From NCBI RefSeq assembly GCF_009914755.1, contig NC_060928.1: a stretch of DNA of 64,000 nt, one strand, 5' to 3'. Positions 1-10,515 of this stretch are shown here, in pieces. The stretch comes from the human T2T-CHM13v2.0 reference genome, Homo sapiens. The notes under the pieces are model-generated. The model saw only the letters and a program-made list of their open reading frames with translations. It did no database searches and was not told the origin of the DNA. Numbering within the stretch: position 1 is the first letter of the stretch; the number at the start of each line of letters is the position of its first letter. Both the position numbers and the translations under genes were made by a program.

Positions 1-1
1 C

Positions 2-295
<294 letters not shown>

Positions 296-422
296 GTCCA
301 AAAATAAATTGTAAAATATGACCAAGTGAAAGACTGCCTATAGAATTTGCTCCAAAATTGATGCCAAAATAATTTTTAAAGTCCCCATCCCAGTTTTTGT
401 TCATTCAACAAAACTATATTGA

Positions 423-716
423 GGCCAGGCAAGATGGTTCAGGACTATAATCCCAGCACTTTGAGAACCTGAGGTGGGAGGATTGCTTGAGGCCAGGAGT
501 TTGAGATCAGACCCTCTCCATACAAAAAACAAAAAAAATAAAAATTAGCCAGCACAGTGGCATGCACTTATAGTCCTAGCTACTCAGGAGGCTGAGGCAG
601 GAGGATTGCTTCAGCCCAAGGGTTCAAGACTGCAGTAAGCTATGATCTCACCACTGCACTCCAGCCTGGGCGATAGAGCAAGACCCCGTCTCTAAAACAA
701 AAAACAACAAAACAAC
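423..716 (+). mobile_element. Alu (AluJ-like)
   Basis: Diverged dimer with GGAGGATTGCTTGAG in both arms. Confidence 0.9.
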
Positions 717-999
717 TATTCTGAGCATCTACTACTCTCAAAGTCTAGAGAGACATGAAAGAAATAGATTGTTGCATATAGGAGTAGGTGGAAGTCCTGG
801 AAATATCCTATGGAAATATCACAGTTTGAACAAGGAGTGCTTCACAGGAAGACTTTTTCGTCCGTGCAGTTAATTGGTTCCAGTTAGGTCAACCTGAAAG
901 TTCCCTTCACCTTTGCTCCCCACTGTCCTTCTGGGGCGGCCATTCCCACCTGGGATTTGCTCATCAGGTAGCCATGGTGCCTTCCAGCTTCAGCTACGG

Positions 1000-1163
1000 C
1001 AGTGCTTCTCAAACTCTGCGGTGCACACACCAACTGGGAGTGTCATTCAAATGCACGTTCTGATTCAGCGAGGTCAGGGGAGAGGCCTATGATTCTGCAT
1101 TCCTAACGAGCTCCTGGGTGGTGAGATTCTGCTGTTCTGAGGACCACGTTTCCAGTAGCAAAG
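1000..1163. mobile_element. MER5-like hAT DNA transposon
   Basis: CAGTGCTTCTCAAACT terminus and internal TCTGCATTCCTAAC...GAGGACCAC motifs. Confidence 0.7.
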
Positions 1164-3194
1164 AATTAGAGCACTTAGTTTTTACTTAAAACAAACCCAA
1201 CTTCTGGAGGCAGGAGATTCTAGTGGTGTGTGTGTATCGTTTCCAACACTTCTTCCAAAGGGTAGAGAAGGTGAAAGCGCATGAATCATTTGACAGGTTG
1301 TGGTGCTGACTGTGGCTTCCCTGCTGCTACGTCCACTGCCTGTTACTAAACCTAAAAAGAGCGCTGGAAAGCAGAGAACTAAGCTGCTTCAGAGACAAGA
1401 ACGAAGGGGCTAAAAACGAAAGCCCTGGGAAATCACCTCGCATTGGATACAAGTTTCTCATGTCTCTGGGTTCCTTTCAGGTCTGGGGTTCAGATAGCAG
1501 CAGACATCTTCAATGTGTGTCCTTGTGGTTAGAGAGATTGAAGTGCTCCCCAGGACCCCTCTCACTGCCGCCTGACTGCACCAACAAGCATCTCCTGGCA
1601 GATTCTTCCTGGTGGCGTCACTATTGGGTTGAGAATACTACCGGTGACCAGAGAGAGCAGAGGAATTAGCGTGCTGAGCAAGGAAACTCCAGAGAAGCTG
1701 CCAGCCCAACAGGATAGCCAATGCCACCCATGGCTGCTGCGACGGACATTGGGAGTGACTGCTGTGTGGAGACTGCTGTACTGGGACCATCAGTATGAAT
1801 ACTTTCTTCTTTCTTCAAGCGCACATTTGTAATAGGCAGGACCAAGTCCCTTTCTACTTGGAATTGCCAGCTTGGGCTCATTGTGGGTGCTCAGCATGTG
1901 CCATTACCACTGGACTCATGAGAGGTAGAAAAAGGCGTAAAGGGGGCATAGACACGGCCAATGCCTCCTGACAATGATCATACAAGCCACGGGCAGCAGG
2001 TGTCCCACAGAAGGGCTGCCAGCCCTAATCACAGGAGTCTGACCAGATCCTCCTTGATAGTGACAGGAGGAAGCCAGCCCTCCTCCTCAGCCCTGGAGGA
2101 GTTCACACAGCAAACCAACAAATGCTAAATGGGAGACTTCCGGCAGCCGCTCACGCCTGCCATTGGGCATCCCAGTCTCCTCGTGGTTCCTCAGGGCCCT
2201 CGAGCGTGAAGTGGGGTGCTGGAGCCATGCTCTCATGGGCCTTTCCAGAAGGAGCAGCCTGAGATCCTGCTCACTTCATAACAGAGCCCAGGAGTTGGGC
2301 TCCCTCCAGGCCTCATCTTCCCAGCACCTCAGAAGTCAGTAGGGCCAGCCATGCTGGTGTTCTCCCGCTCTCAGCCAGGGCTCCTCACATTTGATGAAAT
2401 CTCCAGTCCTGTTAATGTGTCTACAAAGTCAACTTGTGTATTGGAGGCAGGGGTGGAGGGAGGGATTTGAAATTACCTGGAATTCTTTGTCTTAGTGCAA
2501 TTTGTCTAAAGTTACTGTATTCTTTTCTTTCCATCCATCCCCTGCCCCCAAGCCCACAAATCCTCAATTTCTAAAAACTGGAAGCAAACACATAATAAGC
2601 CATCCTTCTGTGTTTGCAATCTGCTTGTCAAACTTATGGAGCCAAAGAAATAGTATTAAAAATAACGATAATAAACATGGTCGGCTTGTGATTGCTGTGT
2701 TCTCCAGTAGAGGTCTTTAGCTGCCAGGAGGCTGAACGCAGAGCAATATTTAATAAGCACTGTCTAATTTCCAGGCAGTCTTGCTTCCTAGCTTTCTTTT
2801 GATTTTGATGCTAATATTTGCGTCCCTTGAGAACGGCTATGATGCTGAGGGGTCCTGTGCTTAGAGTCCCTTTCAGCCTCACACACACACTGGGACTACA
2901 CAGCTGGCCAGTAGCACTATGTGATGTCACCTGGGTGCCTGAAGGCCCCCATTCATTTGCCTGATTTTGGTCAATTAAACAAACTTCAGGAGGAATTACT
3001 GTGGCTTTTTCAGGGAGGCTAGAGCTTTCTCTGGGATGAGGGCAAAAAATGAAATGAGTGGAAAAATCATCTAACAGTGCAAACTCCACACTACCCTGTA
3101 AAACACAGAAGAGCCACCGTAGGAGAGATTTGCAGGCAAAGTAAAACCACTAACTGCACGATCCAGTCTTCTTTTAGGTGCCTCGTCTGTATTT

Positions 3195-3380
3195 ACTTAT
3201 TTCACTGGAGTGACCACCCGGTAACATAGTAGAAACATTATTTCCATTTTACAGATGAGGAAACTGAGGGACAGTAGATTCAGGACGATGCCTCGAGTCT
3301 CACCCAGCTGGTGGGCGGTAGGGCTGGGATCTGAACAGGCTGGCTGGCTCCGGCGAACCTCGGCTCTTCCCTACTCTGCT
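3195..3380 (-). mobile_element. MIR
   Basis: Core CCATTTTACAGATGAGGAAACTGAGG. Confidence 0.8.
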
Positions 3381-6215
3381 CTTATGTTGCGTGGAAACTA
3401 GGCCAGGATCAGGGAACTCCTGATCTTCACCCTGAGGAGAAGCAAAGAGAAGACAGCCCTGAGGCGCCCCACTCTGGGGCAGCGTGTGTGACCCAGGCCT
3501 TCGGACCGAGAAGGGAGAAAGGAAATACGTCCTTCCCTATCCTGAAGCGGAGGGCGTTCCAGGTTTCGCAGGTAGTGCTGCAGCCGCGCAAGGACCGGGC
3601 GAGGCTGCGCCCCTGAGCCCAAGTCTCCACTCACCGGCCTTCCCTTGCCCCCTCACCTGCACGCGGGTACTTTTAGCCCTGGGCAAGCCTTGAGCCAAGC
3701 GCCGAGACCAAACCCGGGAAATTAAACAGTGTGCATGGAATGAAATGTGGTCCGTGGAAGGTGCCTGCAGCTGGCGGTTAACACCGGCAGTAAGAGGATC
3801 AACGCCCGGGCCGCTGGCTTAAAAATGGGAGTGGGAGTGCGAAGTGTGCGCGCTCCTTTTTACCCATTCACGTTAGTTAATTTGGATGATAAGGGTTCGC
3901 GTTTAATCTCTTTGTGTGCGAGTGAATATCCTGAAATCGACAACCCCTGAGAGGGCACTCGCGGCTGGCAGAGCAACCTGGGAGGGTGCGGATCGTGTCC
4001 AATCTGGCGTGAAGCAGAAAGGAAACATCGTGAGGAGACTAGAGGCAGGACCGAGAGGGACACCCTAGGGGTGCGAGGTGCAGACCGAGCCCTCACATCC
4101 CCCTGGCCGCAGCAGGTGGGCCGATGGCTTCCCCGAGGCCTGGCACCCCAGGCCTGGCTCTGCGCCCTGAGGCTCCCAGGTCCCACCAGCTAGAAGAGCG
4201 CCGCCTACCCACCCCTGCCAAGGTCTAACGACCCCAAGGGGGGCGCTGGGCCCTGCCATCTCCCTGCAGAACAGAGAGAATTTAGGCAGGGTTAGGGGCA
4301 GGCAGAAAAGAAGAAAAATCTGAGAAGCGGTCTCAGCTGTTCCCAGATGGAAAAGATTAGAGAGGTGAGAGTTCGGTGGCTCTAGAAAGGGCCATAAAAC
4401 AAAAATCATTTTTATCGTTTCAATCTGCAAGAAAGCTCACCCCCCACCCACACCCCACAAGCTCAGAGCCCCCAGAGTATAGGATCCGAGGCAGCAAGTG
4501 TGAGCGAGGCCCGTCCTGGGGGAGGTGGCCTCTGGCCGCGGGGCCAGGTTGCCCTCAGAGGCGCAGGCGGCCAAGAGAGTTCCCAGCCGCCGCCGCCCCC
4601 CTCCTTCCCCTTGGGCCCGTCCAGCAAATTTCCTCCCTCGTTTCTGTTCGTGCCTTCCCTCCCTCCTCCTCCCCCCGATATTTTCGCTTTCTAAAACCAT
4701 AAAAAAGAGATCAACTTCCCAAACTTCACGGGGCCCTTTTCAGTGACAAATATTGATGCCCAAAGTGTCTGCGCTCTCCCGCCCCCAAACGTTAAGAAAA
4801 GACGCCAGCGAAAGGGAGACATAAAAAGTTAACAATGCTGTGAAAATATGTTTGCAGAAAATAGACAATCGTTGGATTAAACGTATTCAAGTATGAAATA
4901 ATGCCTTTTTGTGTCAAAACTTGGGCGATGGGCGGGTACAAAAGTTCCCTGTGGCAGCTACTTGCTCCCTTTGTGAGCCGTGCGCTTTGGCGTCTCCACT
5001 TGGGCGCATTACTCAGAGCCCTCTAAGCGCGATTGTTTCTCCCTTTCTAATGACATTTACCGGATCAAAACATGCTGTTAATTCGATCAGAAGGCTTCAC
5101 CCTCCCTGACAAAGCCACAATAATTTCTCCTGAAGTTTGTTAAATTGACCAAAATTAGGCAAATGAATAGGGGTCTGTAGGCGCCCCCTCTCGCAGGTGA
5201 CGTTGCATAATGCTTGCCTGGGCCAGCTGCATTCCCCCTTTTCTTCTCGGCCCACTCTTCTCCGTGTTGCCCCCCAATCCTCCCACCCGCCCCTTCACAC
5301 ACAAACACACACACACGCCCGCCAGTCTCTCCTCCCCCACCCTCTGGCATTATTAAAATTTAGCCCAATGAAACTATTCATACTTTTCAATGGACATTTT
5401 CGTATAGGATAATAGGCTACAAATTGAGCCTCTTCCCCCCGCGAAGAGGGAGCAGGAGGGGTGGGGAGAAAAGAAAGCCAGCGACGTGGTCAGGGAGTAG
5501 GGGGGAGCGTCGCGTGCCAAACAGCGGCGGGAGGGGCGAGGCGAGGCGAGGCGGGAGCCTCGTGTGCCAGCCGCAGCCCCACACCTGCCGGGATGTCCGG
5601 ACAAATAAAGCGGTGTAAACAAAAAGGGGGGAGAAGGACGTGTCACCAAGTCGTGTGAGAAAAGCCTGGGAACAAACGGGGCGCCTCCGTCTCCAAGAGC
5701 TCTCCCTTGAACCCGGCGGAACAGCCTATTAAAGGCTTACTTAATTACTTTAATGACTCTGGACAGGCTTTAAAACGCACTCGGCGCTGGGACGGCGGGC
5801 TTGCTGGGATTTGTAAACAGGCGATCATGTGAGACTCAGCGGTGGGACTAAAAGAGGCGACACTGTTTTGTGAGGGTCCTCGCCCCCCGGTGCCCGCGGC
5901 CGCTGCGCCCCTGCGCTCCGCGCCCGCGACTGCTGCAGGCGCTTGCTCGCCCGCCGGCCCCAGTTTACCGCCTCCTTTTCCCGCCCGAGCTGTTGCCATG
6001 CAAATGTTATTCCTGGGCCGATCACGTGTCCTTTGAAGGGCCACGTGGATTAACAAAGCTGATCTGCCCCCAGCTCGCCCCCCTCGGCTGCTAATTTTTT
6101 TTTTTTCTTAACTTCTTTAAAACTGATCTTGAATGCATACATCCTCCAAACGCAGCTCCCCTAATCCTATGGAATAATTCAACTCGTGAATGCATCTGGA
6201 GCCCTAGATGACCGC

Positions 6216-6253
6216 TTTATAAGGCAGCCCTCGGAGTTGGGAGGCTGCAGTCT
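6216..6253 (+). promoter_or_regulatory. HELT: HELT core promoter: TATA box and initiator
   Basis: TTTATAAGG at 6216-6224 and GCAGTC Inr-like motif with A at 6249, 31 nt after the TATA T at 6218 (canonical spacing); 93 nt upstream of the ATG. Confidence 0.7.
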
Positions 6254-6341
6254 ACCTGGGACACTCGAGGAGGCACACGAGGCGGAAAAGTGGACGGGTG
6301 CCCCGCGCCACCGCCTCTCCCGAGGGCGCGTACTGACCAGG

Positions 6342-6368
6342 ATGTCAGACAAGCTCAAGGAACGCAAA
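6342..6368 (+). CDS. HELT: HELT coding exon 1 (MSDKLKERK)
   Basis: ATG at 6342 (CAGGATGT), 9 codons, then strong donor AAA|GTGAGT at 6369. Joins exon 2 in phase 0 to give MSDKLKERKRTPVSHKVIEKRRRDRIN. Confidence 0.95.
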
Positions 6369-6799
6369 GTGAGTCGGCTGAGCCCAAATGGCACTTGCGC
6401 CCTGGTGGTGGAGGCATCTGACTCACCGACCCGCCACTTGGGTGGACCGATGGCAGGGAAGTGCCCGCACGGGACTTTGAGTGTGGAGGAATCTCGAGTG
6501 GTTTGGGAAGGGGGTGGGGTAGAGAGAGGAGGGTGCTCAACCAGGTAGAAGTCCTGCCTGGAGGCTGGCGGCCACCTCCCCAAAGGCCTGGGTAGGGTGG
6601 CTGGAAGGGGAGCGCGCCAGCGCGGGCGTCAGAAGGCAGAGCTCACCTGGCCCGAGCGTGGCGGGCCAGGAGTCCCTTCCTAGAGCGAATCTGAGCAGTG
6701 TGCGCGGCTGGAGAGGCGGTTTGCACCCAGCTGCTAGAGCCGCGCCTTTGACGACTTCCCGGGCAAAGCCATCCTAAACATACAACCCTCTCTTCGCAG

Positions 6800-6904
6800 A
6801 GAACCCCCGTTTCTCATAAAGTGATAGAAAAGCGGAGGAGGGACAGGATCAACCGCTGCTTGAACGAGCTGGGCAAGACAGTGCCCATGGCCTTGGCGAA
6901 GCAG
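6800..6904 (+). CDS. HELT: HELT coding exon 2 (basic region and helix 1)
   Basis: Acceptor CCCTCTCTTCGCAG|, 105 nt encoding RTPVSHKVIEKRRRDRINRCLNELGKTVPMALAKQ, donor CAG|GTAACG. Lys at the position where Hes has Pro and Hey has Gly, which is characteristic of Helt. Confidence 0.97.
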
Positions 6905-7159
6905 GTAACGTTGGCGACCCGGAGCCGGGTGCCAGGCGTTGGGAGGCCTCTGCGGCCACTCTGCGGAGACGCCCGAGCCCGCGGACACAGAGGACCTCAC
7001 TTGCGGGCCCCTCCCAGGCGGGGGGCCTGAGCGCAGGGCGAACCTCAGGAGGCTCTGGCGCAGATCCGCAGCCGCGTCCGCTCGCTGGTCCTCTCCAGCG
7101 CCACAGTGCCCGACCAGCAGGCGCTGGGCCGCTGCGAGGGGCCCTTCCTCCTTTTGCAG

Positions 7160-7256
7160 AGTTCCGGGAAGCTGGAGAAGGCGGAGATCCTCGAGATGAC
7201 CGTTCAGTACCTGAGAGCACTGCACTCCGCTGATTTTCCCCGGGGAAGGGAAAAAG
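7160..7256 (+). CDS. HELT: HELT coding exon 3 (loop and helix 2)
   Basis: Acceptor CTTCCTCCTTTTGCAG|, 97 nt encoding SSGKLEKAEILEMTVQYLRALHSADFPRGREK (KLEKAEIL Hes/Hey signature), phase-1 donor AAG|GTGGGC. Confidence 0.96.
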
Positions 7257-7685
7257 GTGGGCACAGGTTAGGGAATGGGACGCCTGGGCCAGGCGCCTGC
7301 GCCACCCAGAGACCCTGGGGCTGGGAGGGGAGTGACTGAGTGTTCCCGAGAGCTCTACTAGAGCTCCACTCTCCAGGAGGGCAGGGGTCCTGCGAAGGCG
7401 CCTCTCCCTGCTCGGCGACAGCAAGGCGGCGAGGGAGAACTGGTTCCCAGGGAGGCTGGGTCCACCTCCTTCTCCCGGGTGGGGTGGGTGGGGTCAGGCT
7501 CTCAGGGAAAGAGGGCGTTTGCGCGTGCCTCGCCAGTCTCTAAGACTGCGCAGAGGAGAGGGCGGGCCTCAAATGGGAACTTTGGCCAGAAAATGTGGTG
7601 GGAGGTGCCCTGCACCCGCTTTGGGCTCGCGTGGGGAAGGGGCACTCAGGGTGTGTCCGTCCTACGGGCTTTCTCGTTCCTCCAG

Positions 7686-8185
7686 CAGAACTTCTAGCGG
7701 AGTTTGCCAACTACTTCCACTATGGCTACCACGAGTGCATGAAGAACCTGGTGCATTACCTCACCACGGTGGAGCGGATGGAGACCAAGGACACGAAGTA
7801 CGCGCGCATCCTCGCCTTCTTGCAGTCCAAGGCCCGCCTGGGCGCGGAGCCCGCCTTTCCGCCGCTGGGTTCGCTCCCGGAGCCGGATTTCTCCTATCAG
7901 CTGCACCCTGCGGGGCCCGAATTCGCTGGTCACAGCCCGGGCGAGGCCGCTGTGTTCCCGCAGGGCTCTGGTGCCGGGCCTTTCCCCTGGCCGCCTGGCG
8001 CGGCCCGCAGCCCCGCGCTGCCCTACCTGCCCAGCGCGCCAGTGCCGCTCGCTAGCCCAGCGCAGCAGCACAGCCCCTTCCTGACACCGGTGCAGGGCCT
8101 GGACCGGCATTACCTCAACCTGATCGGCCACGCGCACCCCAACGCCCTTAACCTGCACACGCCCCAGCACCCCCCGGTGCTCTGA
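7686..8185 (+). CDS. HELT: HELT coding exon 4 (Orange domain and Pro-rich tail, no WRPW)
   Basis: Acceptor TTTCTCGTTCCTCCAG|CAG; Orange domain FHYGYHECMKNLVHYL; TGA at 8183-8185. Exon lengths 27+105+97+500 = 729 nt = 242 aa plus stop. Confidence 0.96.
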
Positions 8186-8338
8186 CGCCCACTCGCCCGC
8201 CAGATTTCTCCTCGCTTTGGGCACTTTTAGGAGAAATGCTGTATATATTGTACACATAATGTGTAAATATTGTACCCCAAAAATCTGGGCTGGGGGAGGC
8301 AAAGAGCGAATGAGTCTTCTGAAGGATCTCCCCCTGGT

Positions 8339-8344
8339 AATAAA
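8339..8344 (+). terminator. HELT: HELT polyadenylation signal
   Basis: AATAAA about 150 nt after the stop codon, preceded by four TGTA motifs (8240-8274) and followed by a T-rich stretch (TTTATGTATT). Confidence 0.7.
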
Positions 8345-9689
8345 CGTTTTCTGATAAAGACCCAAAGAGAGGGATTTATGTATTACCTTCTGCTCATCCA
8401 CACCCGTCCCCTCCGCGGTGCCCAGGGCGCAAGGCTGACAGGGTTCAAGGTAACAGCCCTCAGTAACTTGGTGAGGGGCCCGCTGTGGAGTCTGAGGGAG
8501 GGGGACGTTAAATGGAGGTTCAGGCAGATATTCTAGGCATCGCTTAAGGGCGGGATTCGCGGCTCCCTGCACCCGCCCCATCTTGAGCATTAGCCTCAGA
8601 GAAACAGGGGAGGCGAAGAACACTGCCCTTGGCTCTCAGGAAAATGCAAATTGAAGGACCTGCCCCAAACTGACTTAGGCGGACCGTTGCCAGCTGCGAC
8701 CCGGGCGCCCGTCCTACCCGGAGCCAAGTGCCCGACGCGCGCGCACCGCACGCCCGCGGGTCTGGAATGCGGCGAAGCCCGGGCCAGCGGGGCGCGTGGC
8801 TGAGTTTACAGAATTAAAAATCCTCTAAAAAATACCGGAACCAAGTACAGTTCTGAGTTGCGGATTAGAAACAACATCGTTGATGACAACTGCTCAGCGC
8901 CAGAGGCTTCCGAGAAGCTGGCGTTGCCTTTTGCGCACAGAGCAGGCCAGCTTCGGGGGCGCTGGGCGTCTCGGCGAGAGGTCGGCACCTGCCGGGTTGG
9001 GAGACGCCCCTTCCCCACCCCTTAGGGGATTGTTCCCTACACGCCATCCTTTACCATTCGGACACTGGTGCAGGATGGAGACCCTGGGGTCTCCGTTTAA
9101 GTTCTCAGGCTTGGAGAGAAAAGTCCTCCTTATCCTTTCCCCAGTGAGATTTTTTTTTTTATCTCGCCCCACCCAGAACGTGGTGAGGAAAGTTTGGAAT
9201 CCAGGAGAGACTTGGCTATTGGTCTTTTAAGGGATTGTGATTTTCACTTCCAGGACATCTGTGCCCTACCCACAGCGATGCATCTACAACGGCAAAAGCT
9301 AAAATCCTGTTTCTGTAAGACTCAAAGGGCAAAATAGGGCTCCCCGTTGTTTCATGTAAATAGGTAAAATAAACAATGTATCCAACTGGCTAAGTTTGTG
9401 TTTGTAGGTATTTAAATTTTTCTTTGAACTTTTGTGCCTCATTAACTTTAATGCCTTTTAAATAAATAATTCGAAATTAGGTAGCACGTTTTCCTCTTTG
9501 TTTCCAGAGGCCATTTCGCTGAACTGTGGTGATTTGTCTTCTCTCAGATCGGCTGGAGGACTGTAAATTAACTTATTCTATTTTCTCTGGACAGGGTTTA
9601 AGAAAGCTCTGACCTAGACTGTTTGCTGAGGTCATGGAATGGGATGACCTGCAATTTGTAAACCATCAAACCTCATTATGCAGAGACAG

Positions 9690-9691
<2 letters not shown>

Positions 9692-9727
<36 letters not shown>
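9692..9727 (+). repeat. Pure A36 tract
   Basis: 36 consecutive A with no Alu or L1 body upstream. Confidence 0.95.
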
Positions 9728-9728
<1 letters not shown>

Positions 9729-10444
9729 CCCTCATTACATTGCCCGTAAAGTGAAACTTACACGTATATGTTTTGCCAGGAGAAAATCTTAAACTTTAGA
9801 AAAGGTCTTGCATGTGAGAGGTTCTTGAAATAACTTGTGTATAAAATGTGAGCTCTCTCCTTTCTATGAAGTGATGGAGCATGGAAGTGAGAGTGAGACC
9901 AGGCGGCCCTCCCGGATAACAAATATACATTGAGCAATATGGGATAAAAACAAATTATGCAGAAATGGGGAGAATGGGTGGTGCCTATTATGGGAACACA
10001 TGTCTTACACCCATTTTCATCAGCGCTGGATACAGAATATGAAGAAGGCCTTTCAGAGTTTTCTTCTCTGAGCATTAAGCCAATCTGAATTCCCTTCGGC
10101 AGTGAAGCATTAAAGATATAGTGTTACCCTGGAAATATAAATTATTAATATATTCAGCATTTTTGTCACTTCTCAACTGTTAACCAAATTAGACAAAACT
10201 TTCTTTTGCTAAGTAGATTTTCTCTTTGGGATTAGCTTTGGGAATGCACAGGGCCACCACAGTAAAAACTGCGGTCATTTACATATAATTTTGCAAACTT
10301 CCACTGGTCCATGACAGTCTTTGTACCTCAAATGTTGGTGTTCTTGATTTTTTTCTTTTCTCATTTAACTGTGGAGGATAAAACCCTGCTTTGGATTTAC
10401 AGTGACTTTAGGATAAAAGTCTCCCTCCCCTTTCTCTCTTTGCC

Positions 10445-10447
<3 letters not shown>

Positions 10448-10488
<41 letters not shown>

Positions 10489-10515
10489 CCCCTCTGTGTG
10501 TGTGTATGTGTGTAT
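10448..10515. repeat. Compound (CT)n/(GT)n microsatellite
   Basis: About 19 CT units followed by an interrupted GT repeat. Confidence 0.9.

Larger units (their letters stand above)
3420..9000. promoter_or_regulatory. Extended CpG-island domain spanning the HELT promoter, gene body and 3' flank
   Basis: Visibly GC-rich with many intact CG dinucleotides (e.g. 5860-5990, 7790-8200, 8690-8800), against CpG-depleted flanks. Boundaries approximate. Confidence 0.85.

Noticed and set aside
3398-6094. Many overlapping 60-120 aa ORFs upstream of HELT
   Set aside because: Expected from stop-codon scarcity in a CpG island; low-complexity Pro/Arg/Gly translations.
6186-6341. In-frame upstream extension of HELT from GTG 6186
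   Set aside because: Starts upstream of the TATA box and predicted TSS (about 6249), so it is unlikely to be in the mRNA.
7595-7685. N-terminal part of the 196-aa ORF
   Set aside because: Intron 3 sequence that happens to be in frame with exon 4; GTG start and a clear acceptor at 7685.
7694-8623. 309-aa antisense ORF over HELT exon 4
   Set aside because: Shadow ORF of a GC-rich coding exon: non-ATG start and no recognisable domain.
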